Below, in pieces: positions 29,760 to 38,562 of a DNA stretch of 64,000 nucleotides. Made by a program: the position numbers and the translations under genes. The stretch covers positions 855 to 64,854 of the forward strand of contig LJUQ01000001.1 of NCBI GenBank assembly GCA_001304505.1, written 5' to 3'. The notes under the pieces are model-generated. The model searched no databases. It had not been told where the DNA came from and saw nothing but the letters and a program-made list of their open reading frames with translations. The stretch comes from Bacteroides sp. SM23_62_1 (GTDB lineage: Bacteria > Bacteroidota > Bacteroidia > Bacteroidales > SM23-62). Each line of letters opens with the position of its first letter. Within the stretch, counting starts at the first letter, position 1.

Positions 29760-30323
29760 CTATTTTTTTAACAAAGATACAAATTCAATGATCTGATTGG
29801 TATTTAATAATTTGTCTGGTTTTACAGCAGTTAAAGCTGATGTACACATTGTACTTATTTCACAATCATGGGGATCCTGGATTATGCACAGGCCATTATG
29901 TCGTTTTAATTCAGCGAAGCCCTTCGTGCCATCACGGTTGGCACCGGATAAAAGTATTCCGGCCATGTTTTTATGATAGGTGTCAGCTGCTGAGGCAATA
30001 CAAAGGTCAATGGATGGCCTGGAGTGGTATATTGGCTCATCAGTTGAAAGAGAAATTCTGAAATCGTTTTCGATCATCATATGGTAATTTGCAGGAGCAA
30101 GGTAGACAATACCATTACAAACCCGTGTTTTATCTTCAGGTTCAACCACAGGTAATGAGGAATTAGCCTGCAGAACCTCCCGGAAACCCATACTTAACTG
30201 TTTCAACCTGTGCAAGCATAAAAAAACCGGGAAATCAGTATGAACCGGCAAACTCTTAAGGATGCCTGTCACGGTATGAAAACTTCCGGCTGAACCACCT
30301 ATCATCAGGGCATACAAATTCAT
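29760..30323 (-). CDS. cheB: CheB-like protein-glutamate methylesterase, catalytic domain only (no receiver domain)
   Basis: 187 aa. Candidate catalytic Ser in IGGSAGS, His in FLCLHRL and Asp in GANRDG, in the canonical CheB order. Confidence 0.8.
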   Translation of the reverse strand: MNLYALMIGGSAGSFHTVTGILKSLPVHTDFPVFLCLHRLKQLSMGFREVLQANSSLPVVEPEDKTRVCNGIVYLAPANYHMMIENDFRISLSTDEPIYHSRPSIDLCIASAADTYHKNMAGILLSGANRDGTKGFAELKRHNGLCIIQDPHDCEISTMCTSALTAVKPDKLLNTNQIIEFVSLLKK

Positions 30324-31141
30324 GATGTTTTCAAGTATATCTTTTCTTTTGTAAAAATATGACTGAATTGATTTGAAATATCACAATCTTTCAGTGATTC
30401 CATTTCACCAAGGATCAGGTATCCACCATTTTGTAACGCACCTGTCACCCTGTTCAGGATATTATTTTTGAGTTCCTGTTTAAAGGATAACAGCTGATTA
30501 CGTATAAGAATAATATCACACAGACCAGGTATTCCGATGAGATTAAGTGACTGTTTTTTAATTCTGGCATTCTTGATCAATGAGGTTTCACGTTCGATAA
30601 GATTATTTTTTAAGTGAAAATATGAATTAAAATTATTCATGCCTCCCGAACCGTGATAGTTATTTATACTAGCTTCCATTTTATCCTTGAGAAAAATACC
30701 GGAGCTGATTATTTCAAGGCTTCGGTAGCTCAGAGTGGAAGCATGGATGAAAGATCTTGCCATCAGTCCTGTCTCCTCAAGCAAGATGGCGATGGAAAAT
30801 AATTCATCACCGGAAACACAACGTGGCAACCATATTGTTAACAGGTCTGATTTTTCAGATATGGAAGGAAGAATTGTGTTTCTCAGGATCAACCACACAT
30901 CCGGGTCCCTGAACATCTCGGTAGATCCACCGGAAATATCATAAAGAAAATCATCAAAAAAGACTTCATCATCAATAAGCCGATTAATCAGGATTCCTGT
31001 TTTGTTTAAGAAATGTTTATCCAGGATTTTCCTTATCCTGAAGCGCAGGTGGTTGAGTGTATACCCTGACAGGTCAATCTGATAATGACTGTATATAGCT
31101 TTGATCAGGGTATTTGTTTCCTCAATACTGATTCCAAACAT
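30320..31141 (-). CDS. Divergent CheR-like methyltransferase paralogue
   Basis: 273 aa. TEMFRDPDVW and IWLPRCVSGDELFSIAILL match the CheR fold. The SAM-region motifs are altered (ASTLS instead of A[ST]DI; IRNQLLSF instead of CRNVxIYF). ATGA overlap with the cheB-like gene. Confidence 0.7.
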   Translation of the reverse strand: MFGISIEETNTLIKAIYSHYQIDLSGYTLNHLRFRIRKILDKHFLNKTGILINRLIDDEVFFDDFLYDISGGSTEMFRDPDVWLILRNTILPSISEKSDLLTIWLPRCVSGDELFSIAILLEETGLMARSFIHASTLSYRSLEIISSGIFLKDKMEASINNYHGSGGMNNFNSYFHLKNNLIERETSLIKNARIKKQSLNLIGIPGLCDIILIRNQLLSFKQELKNNILNRVTGALQNGGYLILGEMESLKDCDISNQFSHIFTKEKIYLKTS

Positions 31142-31167
31142 TCGTGAAAACCGGAGATTACTGGTGA

Positions 31168-33861
31168 TTATTTTTCGTCTACAATTCTTTTAAGTCTGTC
31201 GATTTCTTTATTTGCTTCTTCAAGAAGTTGATATTTCAATTTTCTTTCGGTGATATCCTGTCCGAGATAGTAAACTTTAAAAATCGCACCATTTTCATCC
31301 TTTACCGGAGTAAATGTGGACATGATCCAGACTTCCTCTCCGGTAGGTTTTGTTCTTCTGATCACACCACTATATGGTTTATCTTTCATGATATCATTCC
31401 AGATCTTTTCAAACTGTTCTCTTTCTGTTCGTTGAAGGAATGTCCGGTTATTCTTTCCGATCATTTCCCTTCTTGAAAAGCCTGTTACTTTTTCAAAATT
31501 CTCATTGACTTCAAGAATCTGACCGGCCGGGGAATATACACATTTAATCAGGGCCTGGTCAACAGCATCACTGAAAGACTGCATTTCAATATTTGCTCTT
31601 TTAATTTCGCCTGACTGTTTTTCAAGTGATTCCTGCTGGATTTTTGTCTCCGTTATATCTATTGCGATATTCAGAACTTTAAATGGGACGCCATCTTTAT
31701 CAGGTATGGGAGCATATGTCTGCTGAAGCCATATTTCATTTCCGGTAAAAAGTTTGATTTTCTCCACTTTGAAAAGCGTTTTTCCCTCCCTCAGCAATTG
31801 CCAGAATTCCTTATAGGTTTCAGTATGCCGGCTAATCCCAAGGATTTCATGGTATTTTTTACCAATGATATGATCCTTATGTGTTTCGAGAAGAAGAAGG
31901 AATTTATCATTGATATTGATAAGTTCCTCATTCATATTATATTCTGCAACCAGTGAGGAATTATGAATAGCGTTGAGGATACCGGAGATCTCTGATTCGC
32001 GCCTTGCTGATTCTTCCTGTGTTACCTGTAATTCTTCTACATGCTGCCTCATCTTCTCTTCCTGTTCAGCCATATCCCGTGCCTGTTGCTGGGATTGTTC
32101 CAGCAACAGGCTGGTTCTCATGGTGATCCTGACAGAAGAGATGGCTGATGCAATGCTCTCACTGATAATTTCAATAAAAAGAACCTCATGTTCCTGAAGG
32201 ATATTTAAGGATGCAATCTCAATAACACCTAACAACTGATCTTCCAGCTTCAGCGGTACCAGAAGCAGACAACGGGGTTTGGTATCACCCAGGCCGGAAG
32301 TTATCCGAAGATATTCTTCCGGGATCTCTGTGAGGAAAATTTTTTGCTTTTCAATAGCACATGTTCCAACAAGACCTTCGCCAAGACGAACAGTATCCGT
32401 AAGGTATTTTTTCCTGTCAAATGCAAAAGCTGCAGCAAGCTCAAGTATATTCTCATCATCCGTATTTGTAAGATAAAGGGCACCAATACTGGCATTAAGA
32501 TATTTTACCAGATTTTGTATAACCTTATCAGCAAGTATGTTGAGATCATTACTGTGAATTCTCAGTATTTCTTCAATTTTTGCCAGTCCTTCGTTGATCC
32601 ATCTTCTTTTTTCACTTTCAGCCTGATGTTTCTGGTCCTCATTCCTTGCAGCCTGGAGATATTTGCCCATTTCAATTAAAGCATTTCCCAGTATATCCTC
32701 CTCGCTAAGTAATGGAAGTGTTACATCTTCCTGTTTCCTGCCTATTTCTCCAGCAAACCTTGCTTTTTCCTTGAGGTTGCCTGTAAAATTACCGAGCATC
32801 ATATTTATTTCGTATATCTCATCGTTTCCCTCGTCAGAAATTTCACCCGGTAACCGGCCCAGAACAAGTGCCTTGATAAAAGAATTTAATCTTCTGAGAG
32901 GATCCTTAATGGAAATGGAAAGAAAAATAGTGTAGGTGATTAAAATTGAAGCCGATAATAAAATCACAATAAAGAGTCCAATTCCAATATTCCTGCTGGC
33001 GGATATTAAATCCTGTTTAAACATCGCATTCAGTGAACTGGCATCTTCAGAAACAATATTACTGAAAGTTCTTATCTGACCCCTGATTCCTTCAAACTGG
33101 GATAATCCGATTTCACGATCAATGATAATAGTATTCTGAATGTACTGGCTTAGATTATTATTATTGTTGTTAACCCGTTGTTTTACAGATGTGCCAGCAA
33201 CAATCTGTGATACAACTAATTCTGAATCAATCAGGGAGTATATCTCTTGCAGTTTATCAGTTAGCTTTTTAGCGAGAGAGTGTGTGGGATTATGAAAATA
33301 TCCCTCAATAAAAATTTCTAATTGCTCTAATTCTGCCTGGAGGACAGGTCTGTTTGCGTTCTCCAGTATTTGAAATAAATCCTCCAAAAGGGATATGACA
33401 TGCCCATGAAGCCCCCAATTACTATATCCTCTTTCCCTTAACTTGGATACTAAGATCTGGAAGGTATTTTCAGTTTTAGAAAGGTTATCAAGAAAAAGTT
33501 CGAGTTTTTGATGTAACAATTCGTTTTTCTGAACAAACCGCTCTGTTTTCAGCTCCTGGACCAGGTTAATGGTTTCAAGATATATCCGGTCGAAATCATC
33601 CATATGCCCACTTCTGCCTGTTTCATAAAAAGCATTGGTGTACTGGTCATATAAAAGCAATCCTGTTATTGAACCGGATAATTGTTTTGAGTTGATGGAT
33701 AGTTCATTTAATCGTTCAGAAAGGGCATAATATTCACGGAATGTGCCCAGGAAACTGAATAATGAAAGACCAATTATCAACCAGAGGATAATGGAAGAGA
33801 CTGTAAGGGTAAAAAATCTTGACCTGATGGATATTTGCCTGAGTGACATTTTATGCTTCAA
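31168..33861 (-). CDS. Membrane sensor with a helical extracytoplasmic domain, HAMP, GAF, coiled coil and two PAS domains; no output domain
   Basis: 897 aa. TM1 at aa 17-40, a 250-aa helical loop, TM2 at aa 292-316. HAMP (PLRRLNSFIKALVLGRLPGE), GAF (GEGLVGT...LLLVPL), a Q/E coiled coil, then PAS repeats up to the stop codon. Confidence 0.8.
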   Translation of the reverse strand: MKHKMSLRQISIRSRFFTLTVSSIILWLIIGLSLFSFLGTFREYYALSERLNELSINSKQLSGSITGLLLYDQYTNAFYETGRSGHMDDFDRIYLETINLVQELKTERFVQKNELLHQKLELFLDNLSKTENTFQILVSKLRERGYSNWGLHGHVISLLEDLFQILENANRPVLQAELEQLEIFIEGYFHNPTHSLAKKLTDKLQEIYSLIDSELVVSQIVAGTSVKQRVNNNNNNLSQYIQNTIIIDREIGLSQFEGIRGQIRTFSNIVSEDASSLNAMFKQDLISASRNIGIGLFIVILLSASILITYTIFLSISIKDPLRRLNSFIKALVLGRLPGEISDEGNDEIYEINMMLGNFTGNLKEKARFAGEIGRKQEDVTLPLLSEEDILGNALIEMGKYLQAARNEDQKHQAESEKRRWINEGLAKIEEILRIHSNDLNILADKVIQNLVKYLNASIGALYLTNTDDENILELAAAFAFDRKKYLTDTVRLGEGLVGTCAIEKQKIFLTEIPEEYLRITSGLGDTKPRCLLLVPLKLEDQLLGVIEIASLNILQEHEVLFIEIISESIASAISSVRITMRTSLLLEQSQQQARDMAEQEEKMRQHVEELQVTQEESARRESEISGILNAIHNSSLVAEYNMNEELININDKFLLLLETHKDHIIGKKYHEILGISRHTETYKEFWQLLREGKTLFKVEKIKLFTGNEIWLQQTYAPIPDKDGVPFKVLNIAIDITETKIQQESLEKQSGEIKRANIEMQSFSDAVDQALIKCVYSPAGQILEVNENFEKVTGFSRREMIGKNNRTFLQRTEREQFEKIWNDIMKDKPYSGVIRRTKPTGEEVWIMSTFTPVKDENGAIFKVYYLGQDITERKLKYQLLEEANKEIDRLKRIVDEK

Positions 33862-33959
33862 ATTAATGTTGCCTTAATATTGCTGGTTGTTAAAAGGTTG
33901 ACCCAGTCCTCCAATACAATAATACTTAATAATTAAGAACATACCCAAAGTAAAAGAGG

Positions 33960-34799
33960 TCATTTTTTAAAATAAGCCTGATTTTTCTTCTCAAATTGTG
34001 ATGCTAAAGGACCCAGAATAGTTTCGTGGACACCTAATACAAGACAGCCAGGGCTGTTCAGGCTATCGTAAAATAATTTAAAGACCTTATTCTGAAGATC
34101 GTAATTAAAATATATAACCACATTTCGGCAAATAATAAAATCATATGATACAGGGAAAGGATTTACATCCTGCACAAGGTTCATTTTTTTATAGACTGGC
34201 TTGTCGATGAGGAAGGGATGTATCTTAATAATATCCCTGGTTTTATCGATGGAGAAATATTTGGAATAATCGACATCCTCGTATTCCCCGGCCTGGTTTT
34301 GTCGGATTACAGCGTCAAAGTTATCAAGATAAGTGAGGTTGAAACGATATTTATAAATCCCGGTTTTAGCCGTTTCAAGAACATCGGGATTAATATCAGT
34401 GGCATATATATTGGCTTTATGGAACAGATCCAGCTCATTTAACATGATCATCATGGAATATACTTCCTGGCCGGTCGAACACCCGGTATGCCAGATGTTA
34501 ATCTCTTTTTTGTCCTTGAACAAAGGAATAATATCATAACGCAGGGAGTTCCAGACTGGCGGATCCCGGAACAATTCGGTAGTATTCACCGTAATATCTT
34601 TTACAATTTTTTCCAGGAAACTTTCATTGTCCTCCAGCCTTTCAATAAATGAATGAAAATCAAGATTGTTGTCAAAAAGGACTTTAGCCAGGCGTCTTTT
34701 TAGCGATTTATCTGAATAATCGGTAAAGTCGTAGCTCGAAAGGTTTCTAACTTTCTCAACAAAAGTATTTAATTCATAATCCTCAATTTCCTGCTGCAT
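33960..34799 (-). CDS. cheR: CheR-type protein-glutamate O-methyltransferase
   Basis: 279 aa. TELFRDPPVW, IWHTGCSTGQEVYSM, ATDINPDVLETAKTGIY and FIICRNVVIYF give the complete canonical CheR motif set. Confidence 0.85.
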   Translation of the reverse strand: MQQEIEDYELNTFVEKVRNLSSYDFTDYSDKSLKRRLAKVLFDNNLDFHSFIERLEDNESFLEKIVKDITVNTTELFRDPPVWNSLRYDIIPLFKDKKEINIWHTGCSTGQEVYSMMIMLNELDLFHKANIYATDINPDVLETAKTGIYKYRFNLTYLDNFDAVIRQNQAGEYEDVDYSKYFSIDKTRDIIKIHPFLIDKPVYKKMNLVQDVNPFPVSYDFIICRNVVIYFNYDLQNKVFKLFYDSLNSPGCLVLGVHETILGPLASQFEKKNQAYFKK

Positions 34800-34906
34800 G
34801 GAAAGTAATCATTGCATAAATGTAAAGCTAATGAATATAATGATTATCAGCAATCAGATCAGGATTATTGTAGGGTATAAAAATCTGTACAATCCCACAT
34901 TTTTTC

Positions 34907-34914
34907 TATATTTG
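34907..34914 (+). promoter_or_regulatory. Candidate -7 box (TATATTTG) for purQ
   Basis: Exact match to the Bacteroidetes TAnnTTTG consensus, 18 nt upstream of the purQ ATG. The -33 element is unclear. Confidence 0.3.
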
Positions 34915-34931
34915 AGAACAAATATTTGTGC

Positions 34932-35627
34932 ATGAAATTTGGAGTTATAATTTTCCCGGGATCAAACTGTGACCATGATATGATTTATGTATTAAGAAAT
35001 ATTATGGAACAACAGGTTGTTGAGTTATGGCACAAAGACACCGATCTTCAGGGGATTGGTGCGATAATACTACCAGGAGGGTTTTCGTATGGTGATTATC
35101 TTCGTTCAGGTGCGATAGCCCGGTATTCACCAATCATGGATCATGTAATCAGGTTTGCCAATAATGGTGGATTTGTTTTTGGTGTTTGTAACGGATTTCA
35201 AATTTTATGTGAAGCCGGTTTATTACCGGGAGCACTACTGCATAACAGTAACCAGAAATTTGTTTGCAAAAATGTTTTTATCAAATCAGATAACAATAGT
35301 ACTGTAATCACATCTTTACTGGATAAAAGTAAGGCATACAAAATACCCATTGCTCATGCTGAGGGGAGATATTATGCTGATGAAGAGACATTGAAAAATA
35401 TGAGGCAGAACTATCAAATCCTTTTCCGGTATTGCAATGTAAATGGTATCGTTACGGAAGAAGCCAATCCAAACGGTTCGATGGATAATATTGCGGGCGT
35501 TTGTAACGAACATAAAAATGTTTACGGGATGATGCCTCATCCTGAAAGGGCTGCTGACGATGAACTGGGAAATACTGATGGACGGGCGATCTTTGAATCT
35601 ATTCTGAATATGGTAAGGGTAAAATGA
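34932..35627 (+). CDS. purQ: Phosphoribosylformylglycinamidine synthase, glutaminase subunit
   Basis: About 231 aa. MKFGVIIFPGSNCDHD N-terminus, GGFSYGD, catalytic GVCNGFQ and a MPHPER C-terminal motif. The ATG at 34932 is preferred over the TTG at 34926. Confidence 0.9.
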   Translation: MKFGVIIFPGSNCDHDMIYVLRNIMEQQVVELWHKDTDLQGIGAIILPGGFSYGDYLRSGAIARYSPIMDHVIRFANNGGFVFGVCNGFQILCEAGLLPGALLHNSNQKFVCKNVFIKSDNNSTVITSLLDKSKAYKIPIAHAEGRYYADEETLKNMRQNYQILFRYCNVNGIVTEEANPNGSMDNIAGVCNEHKNVYGMMPHPERAADDELGNTDGRAIFESILNMVRVK

Positions 35628-35629
35628 GT

Positions 35630-36259
35630 CTATTTCTTCAGATGGTAACTGGCAGCATTTTCGTCAAAAGCCATTTCTATTACTTCAAATAAAACAAGAT
35701 TGACCAGAATATCCTCTGCCTTTCTTCTTGGAATCTTGGCTATTCTACAAAATTTTGAAAGAGAAACCTGTTGATTCATGCTCAGGTAATCGAGCAGAAT
35801 CTTCTCACGATCACCGTATTTCAGGTATATCCCTTTTTTCCTTTTTTCTCTTTCCCAGATTTTCAGCAATACCCTGGTTGCTAAAATATTCTGATCTTTA
35901 ATCCGGACATATGCCAGCCATTTCCCCTCTTTTGAAAGGGCAAAATAGGGTCTTTTTTCTGCTTTCGGAATATCAATTTCAAGAATGGTCTTTCCATTGA
36001 TATCCCATTTACGACTCAGAAAATGAACTTCAGGTTTGCAATATAGCTGGGCAGCAGCTTCTATCATATGATATTCTTCTTCCGACTGAATACCGGTTAT
36101 GTTTCCATTATCCTTAACACCAATCAATAGTTTCCCTCCTTCAGTGTTGGAGAAAGCAATCAGAGTTCGGGCAATTTTTCGTGCATCACTGATTTCATAT
36201 TTGAAATCCAGTGTCAGGCCCTCTCCCTGGCTGATCAGTTGACGGATATAACGACTCAT
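35630..36259 (-). CDS. AlbA_2 (Schlafen-like / divergent AAA-4) domain protein with a C-terminal wHTH-like region
   Basis: 209 aa. EGLTLDFKYEISD...IAFSNTEGGKLLIGVKDNGNITGI is the typical AlbA_2 motif. Confidence 0.65.
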   Translation of the reverse strand: MSRYIRQLISQGEGLTLDFKYEISDARKIARTLIAFSNTEGGKLLIGVKDNGNITGIQSEEEYHMIEAAAQLYCKPEVHFLSRKWDINGKTILEIDIPKAEKRPYFALSKEGKWLAYVRIKDQNILATRVLLKIWEREKRKKGIYLKYGDREKILLDYLSMNQQVSLSKFCRIAKIPRRKAEDILVNLVLFEVIEMAFDENAASYHLKK

Positions 36260-36395
36260 AGGTTATACATGGGATATCAATGCAGATATTGCCACTTTAA
36301 TATTTGTTTAATTATGGTTACTTTAGCTAAAATACATGATAAATATTAAACAGAATATTCTTCCTTATCAGTTTTCTTTTTTTTAGACAAATAAT

Positions 36396-38435
36396 ATGAT
36401 TTCACCGGGTGGTAATATTCCTGCAATCGGGGCCCAGGTGTGGCTGGAGCCTTTGCAATCGGTCGAAGAGATTAATACATGGTTTAAAATCCTTTCCGAT
36501 CATCATATGTCATGTGCACGGCTTTTTATTATGTGGAATTATATAGAAATGAAAAAGGGACGATGGGATTTTACACTGTACGACATGGCCTTTGAAGCTG
36601 CCTTGCAATATGATTTAAAAATTCAGGCAACACTGACTGCCAATCATGGGCCAGCTCACCAGGATAAAAACTTCTGGTATCACAACCAGGGAGGTACCAT
36701 TTTAACCAGGAGAGAGCAGTTACCGAAAGCTGAAATCTATATTCAGAAAACAGTCGAACACTACAAATCTCATCCTGCACTTGACAACTGGTGGTTGCAG
36801 AATGAGCCGGGGCAGCCTGCTACCCATGATGAACTTGCAATGGAACAATTCAGGATTTGGCTGAAAGATAAATATTTAAACATAGATTCCCTCAATCAGG
36901 CATGGATTAGCAATTTTAGCTCATTTAATAATATTGATTATCACCCTTCCTGGGATGGGCTTTCAGGATTTTATTCACCACAGCCCTATCATGACTGGAA
37001 TATTTTTTGGAGGGATCATCTTACCTGGTATATGAGATGGATTGCTGAACAGATCGGGAAATATGATACTGTTCATCCTATCCATGTTAATCCCCATGCA
37101 GTTTTTGATATATTACCGAAATATGACCTTCCTGCCTGGCGGGGATTTCTTAATTCACTCGGGGCATCCATTCATCCTTCATGGCACTTCAGGATATTCG
37201 AAAGAGATCAGTATGCATTGGGTGTTTCGGCTGTCTGCCAGATTATCAAAGGTGCTATCGAACCCAAACCGTTCTGGATTTCTGAATTACAGGGTGGCAA
37301 TAATATTTTCAGCAGTTTGCATCCCTTATATCCTGATCCGGAAGATATCGCACAATGGGTCTGGACAGGGATAGGATCGGGAGCGGATAAGATTATATTC
37401 TGGTGTTTGAATGCCAGAAGGATGGGGGATGAAGCAGGCGAATGGTCAATGCTCGACTACCAGGGGAATCCTTCCGAACGATTAATAGAAGCCGGACGGA
37501 TTGCCTCAGTTATGAATGAAAATAAGGATTTCTTTGGGGGTGCCCGGCCAGTATCATCGTCTGTAACTATTATACTCAGTCCGGAAACAATGCTTGTCGA
37601 GAACAGACAGGACCATTTCAAAGACATCCCGGGACGAACATCAAATGCCCATATTCTATCAGCTCTGGCATATTATGAAACCCTGACGGAACTGGGTATG
37701 TCTCCCCAAATAAAACAGGCAAATGATTTTAACTGGTCCGGTAAGAGAAGTAAAAAACAGGTGGTTATCCTTCCCAACATGACCTGCATACCCTCACAAC
37801 TGGTTCATGAACTTGAAACATTTGTAAGTAATGGGAATAAACTTATTATTTCTGGATTGACCGGGTATTTTGATGAATCTGAGAATAATGTGATTCAAAC
37901 CGGATTTCCTCTGCAGAACCTGTTTGGAGGGATCATTAAGGAGATAAAGCTGATCCGGGAGATTTTTCCTTATCAATTGAATGGCTTGAATCATTCTATA
38001 CCTGTTCATATGTGGGAAACAGAAATCCTTCCGACTACAGGCAGGATTGAAGGCAAATCAGGTGATAAGGTCATTGCACTGAGGAATCAATTTGGGGAAG
38101 GGGAAGTATTATGGATCCCCGCAATGATCGGATTGGGAGCATGGCTTGATGATAACAAATCTCTCGCGGAATTACTGATCAATGAAGGATTATTATACCT
38201 CGACAAATTTTCTTTCGGTGACCATTACCCCGGCATACTCATGAAAGTAATGGAAAACGGAAATGATTATTTATTTGTAATTGTAAACGGAACAGAAAAT
38301 AGTAAGGATATCATGATAAAACCCATGGATTATATTAAAACACACTTTCTTCGTGGTAAAATGATTTCCAATATTCCGGAAACAATACATATAGAAGGAC
38401 GGGAAACACTGGTTTTTAAGTATAGAACTGGTTAA
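36396..38435 (+). CDS. GH42-like glycoside hydrolase (beta-galactosidase family), apparently cytoplasmic
   Basis: 679 aa TIM-barrel-like N-terminus with WWLQNEPG (acid/base candidate) and WISELQGG (nucleophile candidate), plus a trimerisation-like middle domain. No signal peptide is visible. Confidence 0.7.
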   Translation: MISPGGNIPAIGAQVWLEPLQSVEEINTWFKILSDHHMSCARLFIMWNYIEMKKGRWDFTLYDMAFEAALQYDLKIQATLTANHGPAHQDKNFWYHNQGGTILTRREQLPKAEIYIQKTVEHYKSHPALDNWWLQNEPGQPATHDELAMEQFRIWLKDKYLNIDSLNQAWISNFSSFNNIDYHPSWDGLSGFYSPQPYHDWNIFWRDHLTWYMRWIAEQIGKYDTVHPIHVNPHAVFDILPKYDLPAWRGFLNSLGASIHPSWHFRIFERDQYALGVSAVCQIIKGAIEPKPFWISELQGGNNIFSSLHPLYPDPEDIAQWVWTGIGSGADKIIFWCLNARRMGDEAGEWSMLDYQGNPSERLIEAGRIASVMNENKDFFGGARPVSSSVTIILSPETMLVENRQDHFKDIPGRTSNAHILSALAYYETLTELGMSPQIKQANDFNWSGKRSKKQVVILPNMTCIPSQLVHELETFVSNGNKLIISGLTGYFDESENNVIQTGFPLQNLFGGIIKEIKLIREIFPYQLNGLNHSIPVHMWETEILPTTGRIEGKSGDKVIALRNQFGEGEVLWIPAMIGLGAWLDDNKSLAELLINEGLLYLDKFSFGDHYPGILMKVMENGNDYLFVIVNGTENSKDIMIKPMDYIKTHFLRGKMISNIPETIHIEGRETLVFKYRTG

Positions 38436-38462
38436 TAAAGATGTTTTATTTAAAGACTTATA

Positions 38463-38562
38463 AACCACAAAGGTGCACAAAGGGTAACACAAAGGTACAA
38501 TGAGGTTAACTTTAATACTCCTTTGTGTACCTTAGTGCAATCCTTTGTATTCCTTAGTGGTT
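38463..38562. repeat. CACAAAGG-type 11-nt-periodic inverted repeat (about 44-nt arms)
   Basis: Left arm aaccacaaaggtgcacaaagggtaacacaaaggtaca. The reverse complement of the right arm is aaccactaaggaatacaaaggattgcactaaggtaca. Confidence 0.6.
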
